From the NCBI GenBank assembly GCA_047967505.1, contig CM106538.1: a DNA stretch of 64,000 bases; one strand, given 5' to 3'. The DNA comes from Dipteris shenzhenensis. Lineage: Eukaryota. The notes under the pieces are model-generated. The model made no database searches. It saw only the letters and a program-made list of their open reading frames with translations, and had not been told where the DNA came from. The position numbers and the translations under genes were made by a program. This document shows, one piece after another, positions 22,995 to 36,105 of this stretch (position 1 is its first letter; each line of letters starts with the position of its first letter).

Positions 22995-25900
22995 ATGGCA
23001 TCCTCTTCCATGTCTGAAAAGGAGTTTTTCAGCATTAAAAAGTTTGATGGGACAAACTTTTCTTTGTGGAAAGAGCAGATAAGGGATGTGCTTATTCAAA
23101 AGAAGCAGATTAAACCCTTGGCAGGTATTGAAGCTAAGCCTGCGGATATGTCTGAGGATGATTGGAATGAGTTGGATGCATTAGCAAAGTCTACTATTAG
23201 ACTTCATCTTGCAGAGTCAGTTTATTTCACAGTAGTAAATGAGCAGACTACGGAAGATTTGTGGAAGAAACTGTGTGCCACTTATGAGAAGGAAACTGCC
23301 TCTAATAAAGTTTACCTCATGAAGAGGTTGTTTGAGTTGCAGATGAAGGAAGGGGTCTCCATTGCTTCTCACTTGAATGAATTCAATATTATTTTGAGCC
23401 AGCTTCAGGCTCAAAAAATGAATTTTGATGCGGAGACTAAGGCAATATTTCTCTTATGTTCATTGCCATCCTCATGGGATACCTTCCGTACAGCTGTCAG
23501 TAACTCTGCACCTGGTGGAGTGCTGAAATTTGATGATGTTGTGGGTAGCTTGTTGGCCGAGGAGATTAGACGGAAGTCTATGGATGGCAACAAGCAGGAT
23601 GCAGCCTTAAATGTGCAAAGGGGCAGATCACAATTCAGGGGGAAGTCCCAAGAAAGAGGGAAGTCTCGTAGCAAATCCAGGGCACGGAACATTGAGTGTT
23701 ACCATTATGGCAAGAAGGGCCATATGAAAAAGGATTGCTACAAGCTGAAAAGAGAGCAAAAGGATAAGAAAAAGAATGCAAATTGGGGTGCAAATCAAAA
23801 GGAAGAGAGTCCAAGGGAGGACAAAGGAAAAGTGAAGATCGAGGAGATCAATGCAGTCACGCATGATAGTGACAATGATGTTCTCTTCATGTCTAGTTTA
23901 TCTACAGAGTTGCTTACCACTTCAGATGATGCATATTCCCAGGATTGGATTTTGGATTCTAGTGCTTCATTCCATGTTACTCCCCATAGGGAATGGTTCT
24001 CCACTTATGACAGTGGAAAGACAGGTTGTGTGCATCTTGGAAATGACTATGCATGTGACATAGTGGGAGCAGGTGACATAAAGTTTTCTTTTGCAAATGG
24101 GTCTGCATTTGTTTTGAAACATGTGAGACATGTGCCTAAGCTGACCAAGAGTCTTATTTCAGTGGGTCAGCTAGATGATGCTGGTTTTCACACCACTTTT
24201 GGCTTTCAAAGTTGGAAAATTCAAAAGGGCTCTATGCTTTTGGCCAGGGGTGCCAAGTGTGGGACTTTGTATCCCTTACATGTATCAGGGGTATTTGATC
24301 ATGTTGTTGCAATAACCGAGCAGCCAAGCACTTCTTTGTGGCATTGCAGGTTGGGGCACATGAGCCAGAATGGAATGAAACTCTTATGCCATTTGGGTTA
24401 TGTACCGCATTTGAGTTTCTCTGATTTTGAATTTTGTGAGCACTGTCTCTATGGGAAGCAGACTAAATCAGCCCATAAAAGAAGGGGAAAGAAAGAGTTT
24501 GAAATGCTTGATTTGGTGCATTCAGACGTATGTGGTCCCATGCCTATACGGTCATTAGGCGGGGCTGAATACTATGTGACATTCATTGATGATGCAACTA
24601 GGAAAGTGTGGGCTTATGCTATAGCTCGGAAGAGTGATGTGTTCCAGGTATTTCAGAAATGGCTGGCCTTGGTTGAGAATCAGTCAGGTAGAATGCTTAA
24701 ATGCCTATGGACTGACAATGGTGGAGAGTATCTCTCTCATGACTTTCAGCATTTCTATGATACACGTGGGATTAAGAGGGAGCTCACATCCCCTCGTACT
24801 CCAGAGCAAAATCCAGTTGCAGAAAAGATAAACCGTACCATTCAAGAAAGGTTGCAATGCATGCTTTCCAATGCAAGTCTTTCTGGTGGTTTTTGGGCTG
24901 AGGCAATGAAGACTGCAGTGCATGTGATCAATAGATCACCTAGTAAGAGTTTGGGTGGTGGTATTCCTGAAGAGGCATGGAGTGGCAAGAAGCCCTCTTA
25001 CTCTCATTTGCGTATATTTGGGTGTGAGGCATATGCACATGTGCCAAAAGAGCTTCGAAAGAAGCTAGATCCTAAGTCTAGGAAATGCATCTTTCTGGGT
25101 TATGGTGAAAGTGGAGAGATGGGCTATCGTCTCTCGGATCCAGAAGCAAAATCCAGAAGCAAAGAAGATCATACGCAGCCATGATGTGGTCTTCAATGAG
25201 AAGAAGATGCATAAGGCACCCATGAGGGATGTTGAAATGAGGAGAATCACTTTCCAGGATGTGAATCCACCTGCATATGTTGATAGACAGCAAGCTGTCC
25301 ATGCACCAAATGTGCAAGAAATGGTACCACCAAGTACTCCCACAGGTATACAATCAAGGGTAGATGATGGATCATCTATTGGTGGAAATGATGAGCCAAA
25401 TGTGGCTGATATGCAGGTGGGACAGCAAGCTGAAATGCCATTGAGAAGATCATCTAGAGTGTCTAGACCGCCTGATAGGTTCGTTCCAGGGGTAGATTAT
25501 GTGATGCTTACAGATTGCGGGGAGCCTTCTTGCTACAAAGAGGCTATGATGCGTGAGGATCAATGCAAGTGGGAGTATGCTATGCAATCAGAGATGAGTT
25601 CACTTATGAAGAATAAGACTTGGGACTTGGTTTCTTTGCCACATGGAAAGAAAGCATTGCCATGTAAATGGGTCTACAAAATGAAGGTCACAGGTGATGA
25701 TGTGCCTAGGTACAAGGCCCGTTTGGTTGCTAAAGGGTTCAAGCAAGAGAAGGGTGTGGACTTTGATGAGATATTCTCTCCAGTTGTGAAGATGACCACA
25801 CCTAGATGCATGCTTGGACTAGTGGCAGCAGAGGATATGGAGCTTATGCAGATGGATGTCAAGACAGCTTTCTTGCATGGGGATTTGCATGAGGAAATTT

Positions 25901-27072
25901 ACATGGTGCAGCCGGAAGGCTTTGAAGAAAAGGGCAAAGAGCATTTAGTTTGCAAGCTAAAGAAGAAGCTCTATGGTCTTAAGCAAGCGCCTAGAGAATG
26001 GTATCAGAAGTTTGATGCTTTCATTCGGTCCCAGGGTTTTAGAAGGAGTGAAATTGATCACTGCCTCTACACTAAGAGGGCTAAGGATAATAGCCTGATA
26101 ATCTTGGCACTATATGTGGATGATATGCTATTGGCTAGCAAGAATACTTATGAGCTAGATGCATTAAAGGCCAAGTTGCATGAGGCCTTTGATATGAAGG
26201 ATTTGGGACTTGCAGGTCATATTCTTGGTATGCGCATCACGCGTGATCGGAGTAGGAAACTCCTTTGGCTTTCACAAAAAGAGTATGTTACAAAAGTATT
26301 GCAGCGTTTCAATATGGAGGGGGGGAAGGCAGTGAGTACTCCATTGCCTCCATATGTGAAATTGAGTCATACAGATAGTCCCAAATCAGATGAGGAAAGG
26401 GCCATGATGGCCAAGGTTCCTTATGCATCAGCAGTTGGGAGTCTTATGTATGCTATGATAGCTACTAGACCAGACATTGCATTTGCAGTGGGAGTTGTTA
26501 GCCGGTATATGGCTAATCCAGGAAAGAGGCATTGGGAGGCAGTTAAGTGCATCATGAGGTACATGAAGGGTACCAAGGAGATGTGCATCTGCTTTGGTAA
26601 AGGAGACATGCGTGTACTTGGGTACTAAGATTCAGACTATGCAGGGCATGTGGATAGTAGGAGATCCACTTCTGGTTATGTGTTCACCTTTGCAGGTGGT
26701 GCAATGTCATGGATGTCTCGCGCACAGAAGTGCGTTGCTTTGTCTACCACAGAGGCTGAGTATGTTGCAGCCACAGAGGGTTGCAAGGAGGCTATATGGC
26801 TTGATCGGCTAGTGGGAGATTTGGGGATTCATACAGGTGTACTGACATTGCATAGTGATTCCATGAGTGCTATTCAGCTAGCACGGAATCCGGTCTTTCA
26901 TGCAAAGAACAAACACATTGAGGTCAGGTACCATTTCATCACGGAGGTACTTGAGGACAAGCGCATAGAGCTTGTCAAGGTTCATACAGATGATAACCCT
27001 GCAGATATGCTGACGAAGAGTCTACCTAGTCAGCGGTTTGAGTATTGTCGTGTATTGATGGGCATTGGATAG
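22995..27072 (+). pseudogene. Copia gag-pol polyprotein, disrupted
   Basis: KFDGTNFSLWK gag; knuckle CYHYGKKGHMKKDC; PR WILDSSASFH; WHCRLGH..CEHC; IN HSD/TDNGGEY/AEK; RT YVDD; RH DSDYAG, EAEY, ADMLTK. A 13-bp tandem duplication ATCCAGAAGCAAA (25138-25163) causes a frameshift; premature TAA at 26626-26628. Confidence 0.95.
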
Positions 27073-27125
27073 TATGCTCACTGGTTGTTCTCCCTTAAAG
27101 GCACATTGTCCTTTAAGTGGGAGGT

Positions 27126-27295
27126 TGTGGGGTTAAAGGTCACTGTGCCTTAACCCCAGTTATGTACAATACTCAAACACATATATAAATGAATGAAAAA
27201 GAAGATTAGGGTGGTTCTGCACCCACCAAAACTTGTGTGGCTCTCTGTCTCTCTCTCTCCTTCTTCCGTTCTTGCTTCCGTTGAGAGCACTCTCA
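27126..27295 (+). repeat. 3' LTR (170 bp)
   Basis: Direct repeat of 21381-21550, followed by the TSD. Confidence 0.97.
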
Positions 27296-29660
27296 ATGAT
27301 AGGGGAGGAGGAGAAGGAAGAAGAGGGGAGAGAAGGGAGGAGGAGGAGGAGGAGGAGGAGAAGGGAGGAGGGTGCATAATTTTTAAAACTAATCACAACA
27401 CAATCTCTCCAAATACAATTAGTACCTCACACATAGTATGAATATAAAGGTAGGATTCCAATCCAAAAAGCTATGCAAAATAACCTCTCTTGAAAATCTT
27501 TATACCTCAAATAGACCACTTTGCATTTATTGCCTTGCTATTGTGGTTGACCCTTTAAACCCCAATACATAAGATATTGGAACATCAAAGCATTTCAGCA
27601 TTCACAATGAACACACTCTCTTTCACTAATCACAGTACATCAAGGTGCACCTCACCCCAACATCTAAGTGCACGAGCTATGGACTACAATCTTGCCAAAT
27701 GAAGAGCGCTTGCGGCTCTTACAAGCTTTCTACACACATGAAATGGATAGGAAATCCAGTCAAAATTACCACCCATACAAGCACTAATTAATACCACCGG
27801 TATATGTACTTATACCACTGGTAACATAACATACACTGCCACACTTTCATTCTTACTACTAGTATATATGTATATACTACTAGGATTATACGTATTATCA
27901 TCGATATTTGTGTATCACTGATGTTATAATTATGTAGTTCATCGGTGAATTTTCTAGGCTACCAATGTGATCAAGTTATTTTCATGCAATTTTGGAACAA
28001 AAATGATGTTTGAATAATGTGTTGATGCAAATGTGAAAACCTTTACAAAATCCCTAACTGCATCTTATCACTTGAGCCTACTTTAAGCCTAATTCACTAG
28101 TAAACTATGTTTCCAAGCCATTTTTAAAAGAAAATTTTCCTTTTAGAAAAAAAAGAATCCTTTCAAGCCCTTATTTTTCTCAAACAAAACTTTCAAAACA
28201 TATTGCTTAAAAGCCTAAGTGTTGGTGAGCTTTGATTCCAAGCCTCTTTAAGTTTTCCTAAGAGGAGAACACCATAGCTTTGACATGAAACTTTTTGCTA
28301 AAGGTCTCCTCAAATAGAGCAAAAGGAACAAAAATATAATTATTATATAGAACCCATGCATGCACGTGCACAAACACACTCATGAATGAATGCATGCCAC
28401 ATAGCCCACCCCACACACACGCACGCACGCACACCATGTCTTTGGTTTCTTCATTATTCCCTTTCATTTTTCAACTCTCCTCCAAAAGGAGCCATAACCC
28501 CCATTTTGATTAGTTTTCATGCTGCATTACTTTATCACATATTATAGCACTCATTCCCAATCCTTTAGAGCACCCACTTTCCTTTGGTTTGTTGATCACT
28601 CTCCCTCACTCCTATAACTACTTACAAAAACTTCTTCTGTTTAAATAATTTCTTCTTCTTCTTCTTCGTCAATTGCTAAAGTCCTTACTTGCTTCTCCAA
28701 TGGAAAGGTAACTCTAATCATCACCAAACAATGCAAATTTCCCCATCAAAAGGTCATGAAGGTGCTTCTACCAAAGCCCCTACTCCACTCCTACTCCTTA
28801 AGGATATGCAAGATGCGATGGATCATGAAGGTGCTTGTACCATGGCTCCTCATGGTCCACTTCAAGAATGTGTGCATTGAGTGAGGGTGAAAGACACTTC
28901 CTCACAAAATTGGAACCCGCACACTCAAAGAATATGCCTTAAATTGTCCCCGCCATGTACATACAACAATGCAAATATGCATTCAAATATGAAAATAATT
29001 GATTCATTCCTTAAGATTAAAATAATATTCCATCAATATAATTTCAATACATTGTGCTTGATTTCCTAAATGTCTCAAAAGATAGGGTATATATTGCCAT
29101 TTATTGTTTTCTTATTTGTAGTGCAAAATAAATAGAAATGTTCTCCTCTAAGGCTAAGAACCAAGATCATAAAGGAAAAGTGCATCTCATCTTCACCAAT
29201 CTATATTTATTTTGAGTCTCTAGAGGTAGATTCTTCTTCTTTCCATTGCAATATTCCACAATCCCTTTTTTACGAGGGTAAAATTGGCCTTAGTCTTCCA
29301 TCTATGGAATAAATTGCCATAAATATTTTATATCTTTACTAAAGTGGCCATGATAGGAAGGTCTTACCATTGAGAGTGTGTTCTCAAGGAAATGTTTAAT
29401 CCCTTAACAACAAGAATGCTTTAGAGAGCAAACAAGGAGGAAAAGAAAAAAGAAAGTTCTTCAATCTGTCCTCCATACAAAATAATAGCATTTTCCATCA
29501 CACAAGTGAAAAATATTACCTAAAAGCTCTGGTATACTTTATCTCACCAAAGTCATTATTCTCCCAGAATAGCCATAGTATAAGCAAGGAATGAGGTCAT
29601 GGATATATGGCATGAAAGAAGATCACTTCTTTAAAGAATGGTCGATTGTTTTCTACCTCA

Positions 29661-29912
29661 ATCTTATCTTCTTAATCAAATTGAACGAAAAAATGGGCAA
29701 ATTTCCTTTTCAATGTAGGCAAGGCTCAACAAGTCATGATAATCAATCTCACTTATTCTCCTAGCCTCAACACTCTTCAACATCAGTCTTATCTTCTCAG
29801 TGAAATTGAAGCAAAAAATGGGCAAATTTCCTTTTCAATGTAGGCAAGGGCTCAACAATTGTCAATATAATCAATCTCACATATTCTCCTAGCCTCGACA
29901 CTGTTTAACATG
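29661..29912. repeat. ~125-bp tandem duplication
   Basis: AAAAAATGGGCAAATTTCCTTTTCAATGTAGGCAAGG...TATTCTCCTAGCCTC occurs twice. Confidence 0.85.
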
Positions 29913-30307
29913 AAATAAATTGTTGCTAGAATTCAAGACCCCAGAGTTATGGTTTCCCCTTGACCTCATTGACACCAATCCCTCATTCTAGAGGGTTATT
30001 TGCCTTCCATGACTTTTGGTATGAATGAACTATGCCAGTGCCAGCTAGTGTTCAAAGTTGTCTTCCTATTTCATTTGGATAAATTGAATTTTCCATACCA
30101 AATCAACAGGAGGAAACCAATAACACACTTACACACAAATTTATTCACATTACACTTTTGACAATTGAAACATATGAAAGTAATTGAAGATTTTAGATTT
30201 TGATAAAGAAGTTGTGTTTCTGTTATATCTTCAATAGAAGTGGATATTATCACTGTCAAGATTACAAAGAGAAGGATGAGAGTGTGTAGAGAGTAGTGTG
30301 CACTTAC

Positions 30308-30439
30308 CTAAAGGATCCTTCAATATCAAAGTCATTGGATGACATTGAAGCTAGTACCTTGTCGACATGATAACCTCTTCTAACACCTTCCCTTCTCATA
30401 TTACGATTTATAAATACATTCGATTCCTCTTTGACATCA
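30308..30439 (-). other. Candidate orphan internal exon (132 bp)
   Basis: TCTTTCAG acceptor, AG|GTAAGTG donor, length divisible by 3, open frame DVKEESNVFINRNMRREGVRRGYHVDKVLASMSSNDFDIEGSF. Confidence 0.3.
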
Positions 30440-30555
30440 CTGAAAGATGTGACATTTCATTGAATTTTTGGGAAAGTTTTTTTGTAGCTAGAACATGTTG
30501 TGTGAGCATGACTTGTTATTGAAAAACCCTAACATGGAGAAAAAAATTGCTGCAA

Positions 30556-30899
30556 AATTTGGATATTTTGACATCACCAATGCATCCGGAGCCCCCAAAC
30601 CATCAAGATGACTTTTGAAAATCACTAAAATCGGACTCTAGATGAGGATAAATAACATTTTAAGGAAAATTTTCTTACCTAGATCAAGCCGCATCGATGT
30701 GGCCTCATTTAAGGAAAAATATGCACAATTTTTAGGCAAATTGTTTTGCCAGATCATGCCGTGTTGGCATGGCTTGATCTAGGGAATTTTTTTTTCCTAA
30801 AAAGGTCATTGGTCCCTCATTGGATTTTGGTGATTCAAAAGTCGTTTTGGGGGCTTTGGGGCACTCTAGACGCATTGGTGATGCCATAGTCTCCAAATT
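30556..30899. repeat. Imperfect long inverted repeat (foldback/MITE-like relic)
   Basis: Arm ~30556-30710 (AATTTGGA..CATCACCAATGC..GACTTTTGAA..CCTAGATCAAGCC) is the reverse complement of ~30750-30899. Confidence 0.75.
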
Positions 30900-31269
30900 A
30901 TACATCAAAATTTTGGGGGGTTTTGGGCCACTTCGGGTGCATTGAAGCGGTTTGATTTCGAAATGTACATCATCATTAACATCATCCTTTTAATGAGAAG
31001 TTATGAAAATGGTTGAAAGGGAGCTAGCTATTCATACCACAATCAATAATTTACTACTTAAACCTCCTATAAAAGAGGCTTACTTATGCTACTGAGACCA
31101 CAAATTCCACAACTATCACCAAAATTGATTTTCACTCGAGGAAATGACAAATTTTTTATGATAATGATGATGTTGAACATGGCAAATTTTACTTGCCTAA
31201 ACCAAATGCCCTCTGCACAATAATGTCTTAGCTCTACTTGTCCTCTATGCAATAATGTCATTTTGGTGG

Positions 31270-32829
31270 GTTTTTCTCATTTTCTTCTTCAATCAAAAAA
31301 TCTGGCTTGAAGTTCATGGGAACTCCACTTGGCAAGCATTGATGGTGCCTTTATGGTAGTTAAAATTTATCTCTTTGGAGAATCAGTATTCTTGGGATCA
31401 ATTTATGCTATGAATAAGTTACTTGAACAAATGACCCTTTGGGAGCATCTTCACTCAGTTTCCTAGAAAAAAGAGCATGGAACTATACTTGATAGATCCT
31501 CAAGTTCATGGAACTATACTTGATCATAGTGTTTCCTCCGGCCATTTTCCAATCCTCATGTCTTTTAGGTGTGCCTAAACAAAGCCTAACAGAAGGCTTG
31601 AGACTTTCAAAATGAACATAAATTTTTCTGGCATGCTAGGGTTTGGATCAGGATGTTACTAATGCATGGCGTCCAGTGCAGTCCTTATCTATATGCTCAA
31701 TTCAGCAATGGGAGCTATGTGGGAACTGTGTCTTAACAGTGTCGTTAGGCATGCAAGGCTTAGGGGAAGAAAGAGCCTAGGGATGGAGGCATCTTAAAAG
31801 TCAGCTGCATCAAACTTGTGTGTAAATTTTGGAAGCCTTACAATTGAACCTCCAAGGTTGGTATATTCTACCACTCCTATTGGTTGCTGAAATGCATCTC
31901 AACATTTGATCATTCTAAGCTTGCAACTACTTGAAGACAATCCTCACTAACCTTGGTTAGATAGTGGTGATAGACCTTCAAAACTCTCATTTAAATATGT
32001 TAAGAACAAAAGAAGGAAATAAAATATTAGTGTGTTTTTAGACGAGCAAGGGCACAAGACCACTAGTGAGGATGCAATTGTTCTAGTTGTGGTTAGGCAT
32101 ATTTCCTCCTTGATTGATGCAAGCCCTCCTATTCAAGATGATTATGAGGATCGGTACTACAACCTACTTTGTTGATTTTGTCTCTAGAAGAGGCTTGTCA
32201 TTTGTAATGTTCTCTCTCCAAGAATGAGTTGCACGTCGTGGTTAAAGCCATTGCATGAGATAAAGCACCCGAGCTTGATGGCATTCCCCAGAAGTTGTTA
32301 TTTGTAATGGCCTTTCTCCAAGAATGAGTTGCACTTGGTGGTTAAAGACATTGCATTAGATAAAGAACCCAAGCTTGATGGCATTCATTGCTTGGGGGTC
32401 TGTGTGGATGACTTTGTGGCTCTTCTAAATTAGTGCATGCACAAGGGCAGATACATTTTTCTATAAATCATAGATTGATGAAGCTATTGCAAAATTAGAG
32501 AGTCGAATTGATCCTAGTGCATGGAAACCTCTTACCATGTTGAATGGAGCCTGCAAGATCCTTGTGAGGCAATGGCTCTCCGGGTCAAGTTCATTTTAGC
32601 ATGGTTGTTGCATTTGAGGCAATATGATTCCTCCATGTCCATAGCATTCATGAAGCGATTCTTAATTTGTTTCTCCACCATCAACTTTGCTATCACACAA
32701 AATCAAAAGTTTGTACTACTCAATATGTATTTGGAGAAGGCATATGACCGCTTCTCAAAGTCATGCATAAACTAGGTTCTGAGCAGGGATTTCGTTGAAT
32801 AGTCTCGGTGCTATTATTGAATGCCATAG

Positions 32830-32872
<43 letters not shown>

Positions 32873-34385
32873 ATGGCTACTTGTATGCCGAGTTTCTCTC
32901 TTTGCCATTGAGTGTGACAAGGGTGCCCATTGGCACCACTCCTGTCTGCAATTGTGATTGATCCACTTCTTTGATAGCTTGATGCTCATATATTTGTTAT
33001 GAACACTGCGAGGTTTCAAACTACTGGATGATTAAAATATTTTTAGTCAATTTTTTAGAAAGGATAACTCCAACATACTAGTTGTCGATCACAAAAGAAT
33101 GATGCAAAGTTAATAGATATTTATTCGTCCTTTGCAACAAGTTCAGATACAAAAATCATTAAGTCAAAGAATATTGTGGCTAGCATGGGAAGCAACTCCT
33201 GACTAGCTCTCTCACTACAGCTTCTCGCAAATCACCACAAACTCAATTTTTTATCACTTGGGATGCCCGATAGGATTTGATGTCTATGAAACAAAGGTAC
33301 AAATGGAGCCTGTGAAGTGTGAAAGCCACATTTTACAAATGGAGAGATAGGCAACCCTTTCAACTTGGTCTGATAAACTATGCTCTCTACATGGTGTAAG
33401 TCTCTGTCATCTTGCCATTTTCCCATGCACTTTTCTCATCTCTTGATTGATTAGCAAACGATTTCCTATGGGCTGATAACTGGCACTTCTTCTAATAGGA
33501 TATTGTCTCCACTCCCAAATCACTCAATGGACTATGACATGAAACACAAAGGGTGATTGCTTATGTACCAAATGGATCATGTAATTGCGCAGAGGCCAAC
33601 CTTGGCCAATCTTGGCCAGGTATTGGATGAACACGTTGGTGTCCTAGGGATTAATAGATGGACTACATGATCGTAGAACTTTTGTCACACTTCCCAATCA
33701 AAGACAAGGAGTGTGATCTTTTCACATGGTTGACTTGCATATGGAAGAAGAGCCTTGATCAATGCCAGTGGATTGGGTCTCCTAAACTTTGTGGAGATGG
33801 CGCTTTAGGCCTCAATATTTGGTTGAGTTGGTGGCCTTTCATTGATCAAGTAGTTCCTCTTATTATTAGCCCAAATTTGAATATAGATGATTAAATAATC
33901 AAGGTATCTCTATGAGAGTTGGGGGAATCTATCATCTGTGAAACTATGAACAAAGGTTTTTACAATCTACTTATCGGACACTACTTCCATCTTGGCCTAC
34001 TATCCCTGTCCTACTGGGGCCAACTGCATTGCAGAGGTGGGCTACTGCTAAAGGCAAGCCTCAATGGCATTATGATTCAAGATTTTCCATTACCATGTGT
34101 CACCAATGTACCGCAAGTTAGCTAAATCATGGTAGTAGTCGGCATTGAATGATTCGCAATATATATGGGCAACTTAGGCTTCGTAGGATATGGTTAGCTA
34201 CTCTATCAACTCGAATGAATTTCATTGTGTGGTAGCCACTCATTCGAAAAGTCTCTACGAAAGGTAGGGTCAGAAAATAAAAAGATATCTCTCCATTGTG
34301 TTCTTTTTGTAATATTTATTTTCCACTTGTTGTAAAATTCTTTCTTTCTTTTAATATATTTTCAATTCATGCACAAAAAAAAAAA
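31270..34385 (+). mobile_element. Old degraded L1-clade LINE
   Basis: Remnants DKAPELDGIP (duplicated at ~32260 and ~32360), LEKAYDR (~32730), QGCPLAPLL (~32918); A-run 34375-34385; internal (CT)n 32833-32868. Left boundary approximate. Confidence 0.7.
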
Positions 34386-34610
34386 GACAAGATCCTAAAA
34401 AAGGTCAACTCATCTTGTTTGATCCTTGAATCTCAACCATGCATTCAATCCATTGCTACCGAACACTTTCCTCTTATATTGTTCTATTTGGAAGTGTAGA
34501 TCCAAACTAATGAATTCTTGAAAGAGTAAAAGCTCTACATTAGTGCTCAATATAATGTTGTAAGAGAACAATCTTCTTAAAGAACATTTTTAACAAAGAA
34601 AATAATCAGG

Positions 34611-34612
<2 letters not shown>

Positions 34613-34641
<29 letters not shown>
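34613..34641 (+). repeat. (GA)n microsatellite
   Basis: Perfect GA run. Confidence 0.9.
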
Positions 34642-35660
34642 GCCTACTGAAGGTCCAAAATTTTCTATAAGCTGCATGCGAGGCCTAGTGAAGGTCCAAA
34701 ATTTCCTATTTTCTATAACTTTTTGGCCCTTCAAGGGTCCTAAGGGATGTCTTCGTTAGTGAGTTGCTAATTAGGTTTATAGTTTTGAAATTAGTTCATT
34801 TGGTCAATATGACCATGCAAATTGTGGTTAGTATGAGGTTTAAGTGTGGGTTAGTAGTTGTTTGAGTGCTTCTTATGTGTTTAGGGTTTAAGGTTTTTGT
34901 TTGCTTGTGGAGGTTCTTGTCTTTTGTTTGTGGAGCTCTTAAATGCTTTTGTCTTTTGTTAGGTATTTCTCTTTAAAGATTGAGGCTCTCTTTGTCTCTT
35001 GTATGACACCACTCTTGCCAAAATAGGCAAGTCTTCACTTTTAGTTAATGGTTCATTCACCATACACACACACACACACACCTCTTTCCTCTCCTCTCGT
35101 TCACTCATTTACCTTTCCTCATCTTCCACTTGCTTTTTGTCTTTTCCTTTCCTTCCAATTTACACCTATCATTTTCTCTTTTACAAGTCACTAGAAATAT
35201 TTATCAACTTGCTTTACACTTATACTTATAATGCCACTCCATCTAGTAGGGCCTTAGTGGGATCCCCAGCTTGTTTAATCTATATTCTTGATTTTGTAGC
35301 ATGGAGTCTAATTTACTTCATGTGCTCAAATGGTAAGGACATTCCGGGTGCCTGTGTATTGTTGGACAGATTTTGGTGTTTTTATTATCTAGGTTGTTGG
35401 ATGGATTTTGGGCCTGAGATAAACCCAATTTGTCTCTCAACAAGGATTAGAGGATCGGAGGAATGACGCAAACCCAATTCTCTCTAAAGAAGATTGAAAT
35501 TTTTGGTGGTGAGATTGTAATATTTGGTGGTGGGGGATTAACCCTAAGAGACATGGAAGTAGGTAGAATGAATTTGGACACTTACAATCGCAAACATCGA
35601 CACAGGATTCCATGAAGCTGCGCCCAATTATAGTGGGTGTAATAAGCATCATCATCGTCA

Positions 35661-35970
35661 TGATCCACAAAAAAAATGAATCCATTATAACCGAAGTAAA
35701 GACTCAAAGTAGCAATCCACAGCTGTTTAAAATATTGGTTTGTAATGTGTAACGCGTGAGAAAGCTTTCTCCGAGTATGCTTGCTACAATTGAGTATCAT
35801 GATTGTCGCGATCCACAGAAAAAAATGAATCCAAAGTAAAGACTCAAAGTAGCAATCCAAACCTGTTTGAAATACCGGTAATAAAGACTCAAAGTAGCAA
35901 TCCACAGCTGTTTGAAATACCGGTATGTAATGTGTGACATGAGAAAGCTTTCGCCAAGTATGCTTGCTAT
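35661..35970. repeat. Nested tandem duplications downstream of the VWA gene stop
   Basis: TAAAGACTCAAAGTAGCAATCCA x3 (~35697, 35837, 35882) inside a larger two-copy duplication. Confidence 0.85.
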
Positions 35971-36105
35971 AGAATTGATCCCCATCAAAACAACACCCTT
36001 GAACTACTGACGATCATCAGAGCATGCATTGATCCTGTTCACATTCTATTGCTATGCTTTCTCAAATTGTGAAAATTCTATTTCTGCGTATAAGCATTTG
36101 CACCA

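Larger units (their letters stand above)
21381..27295 (+). mobile_element. Full-length Ty1/copia LTR retrotransposon (Tnt1/Tork-like), defective
   Basis: LTRs TG...CA at 21381-21550 and 27126-27295; TSD ATGAT at 21376-21380 and 27296-27300; PBS TGGTATCAGAGC 21553-21564; PPT AAGTGGGAGG ~27115-27124; domain order gag-PR-IN-RT-RH. Confidence 0.98.

Noticed and set aside
35697-35920. CRISPR-like repeat-spacer array
   Set aside because: Only three copies, unequal spacing, spacers themselves duplicated, eukaryotic context, no cas genes.
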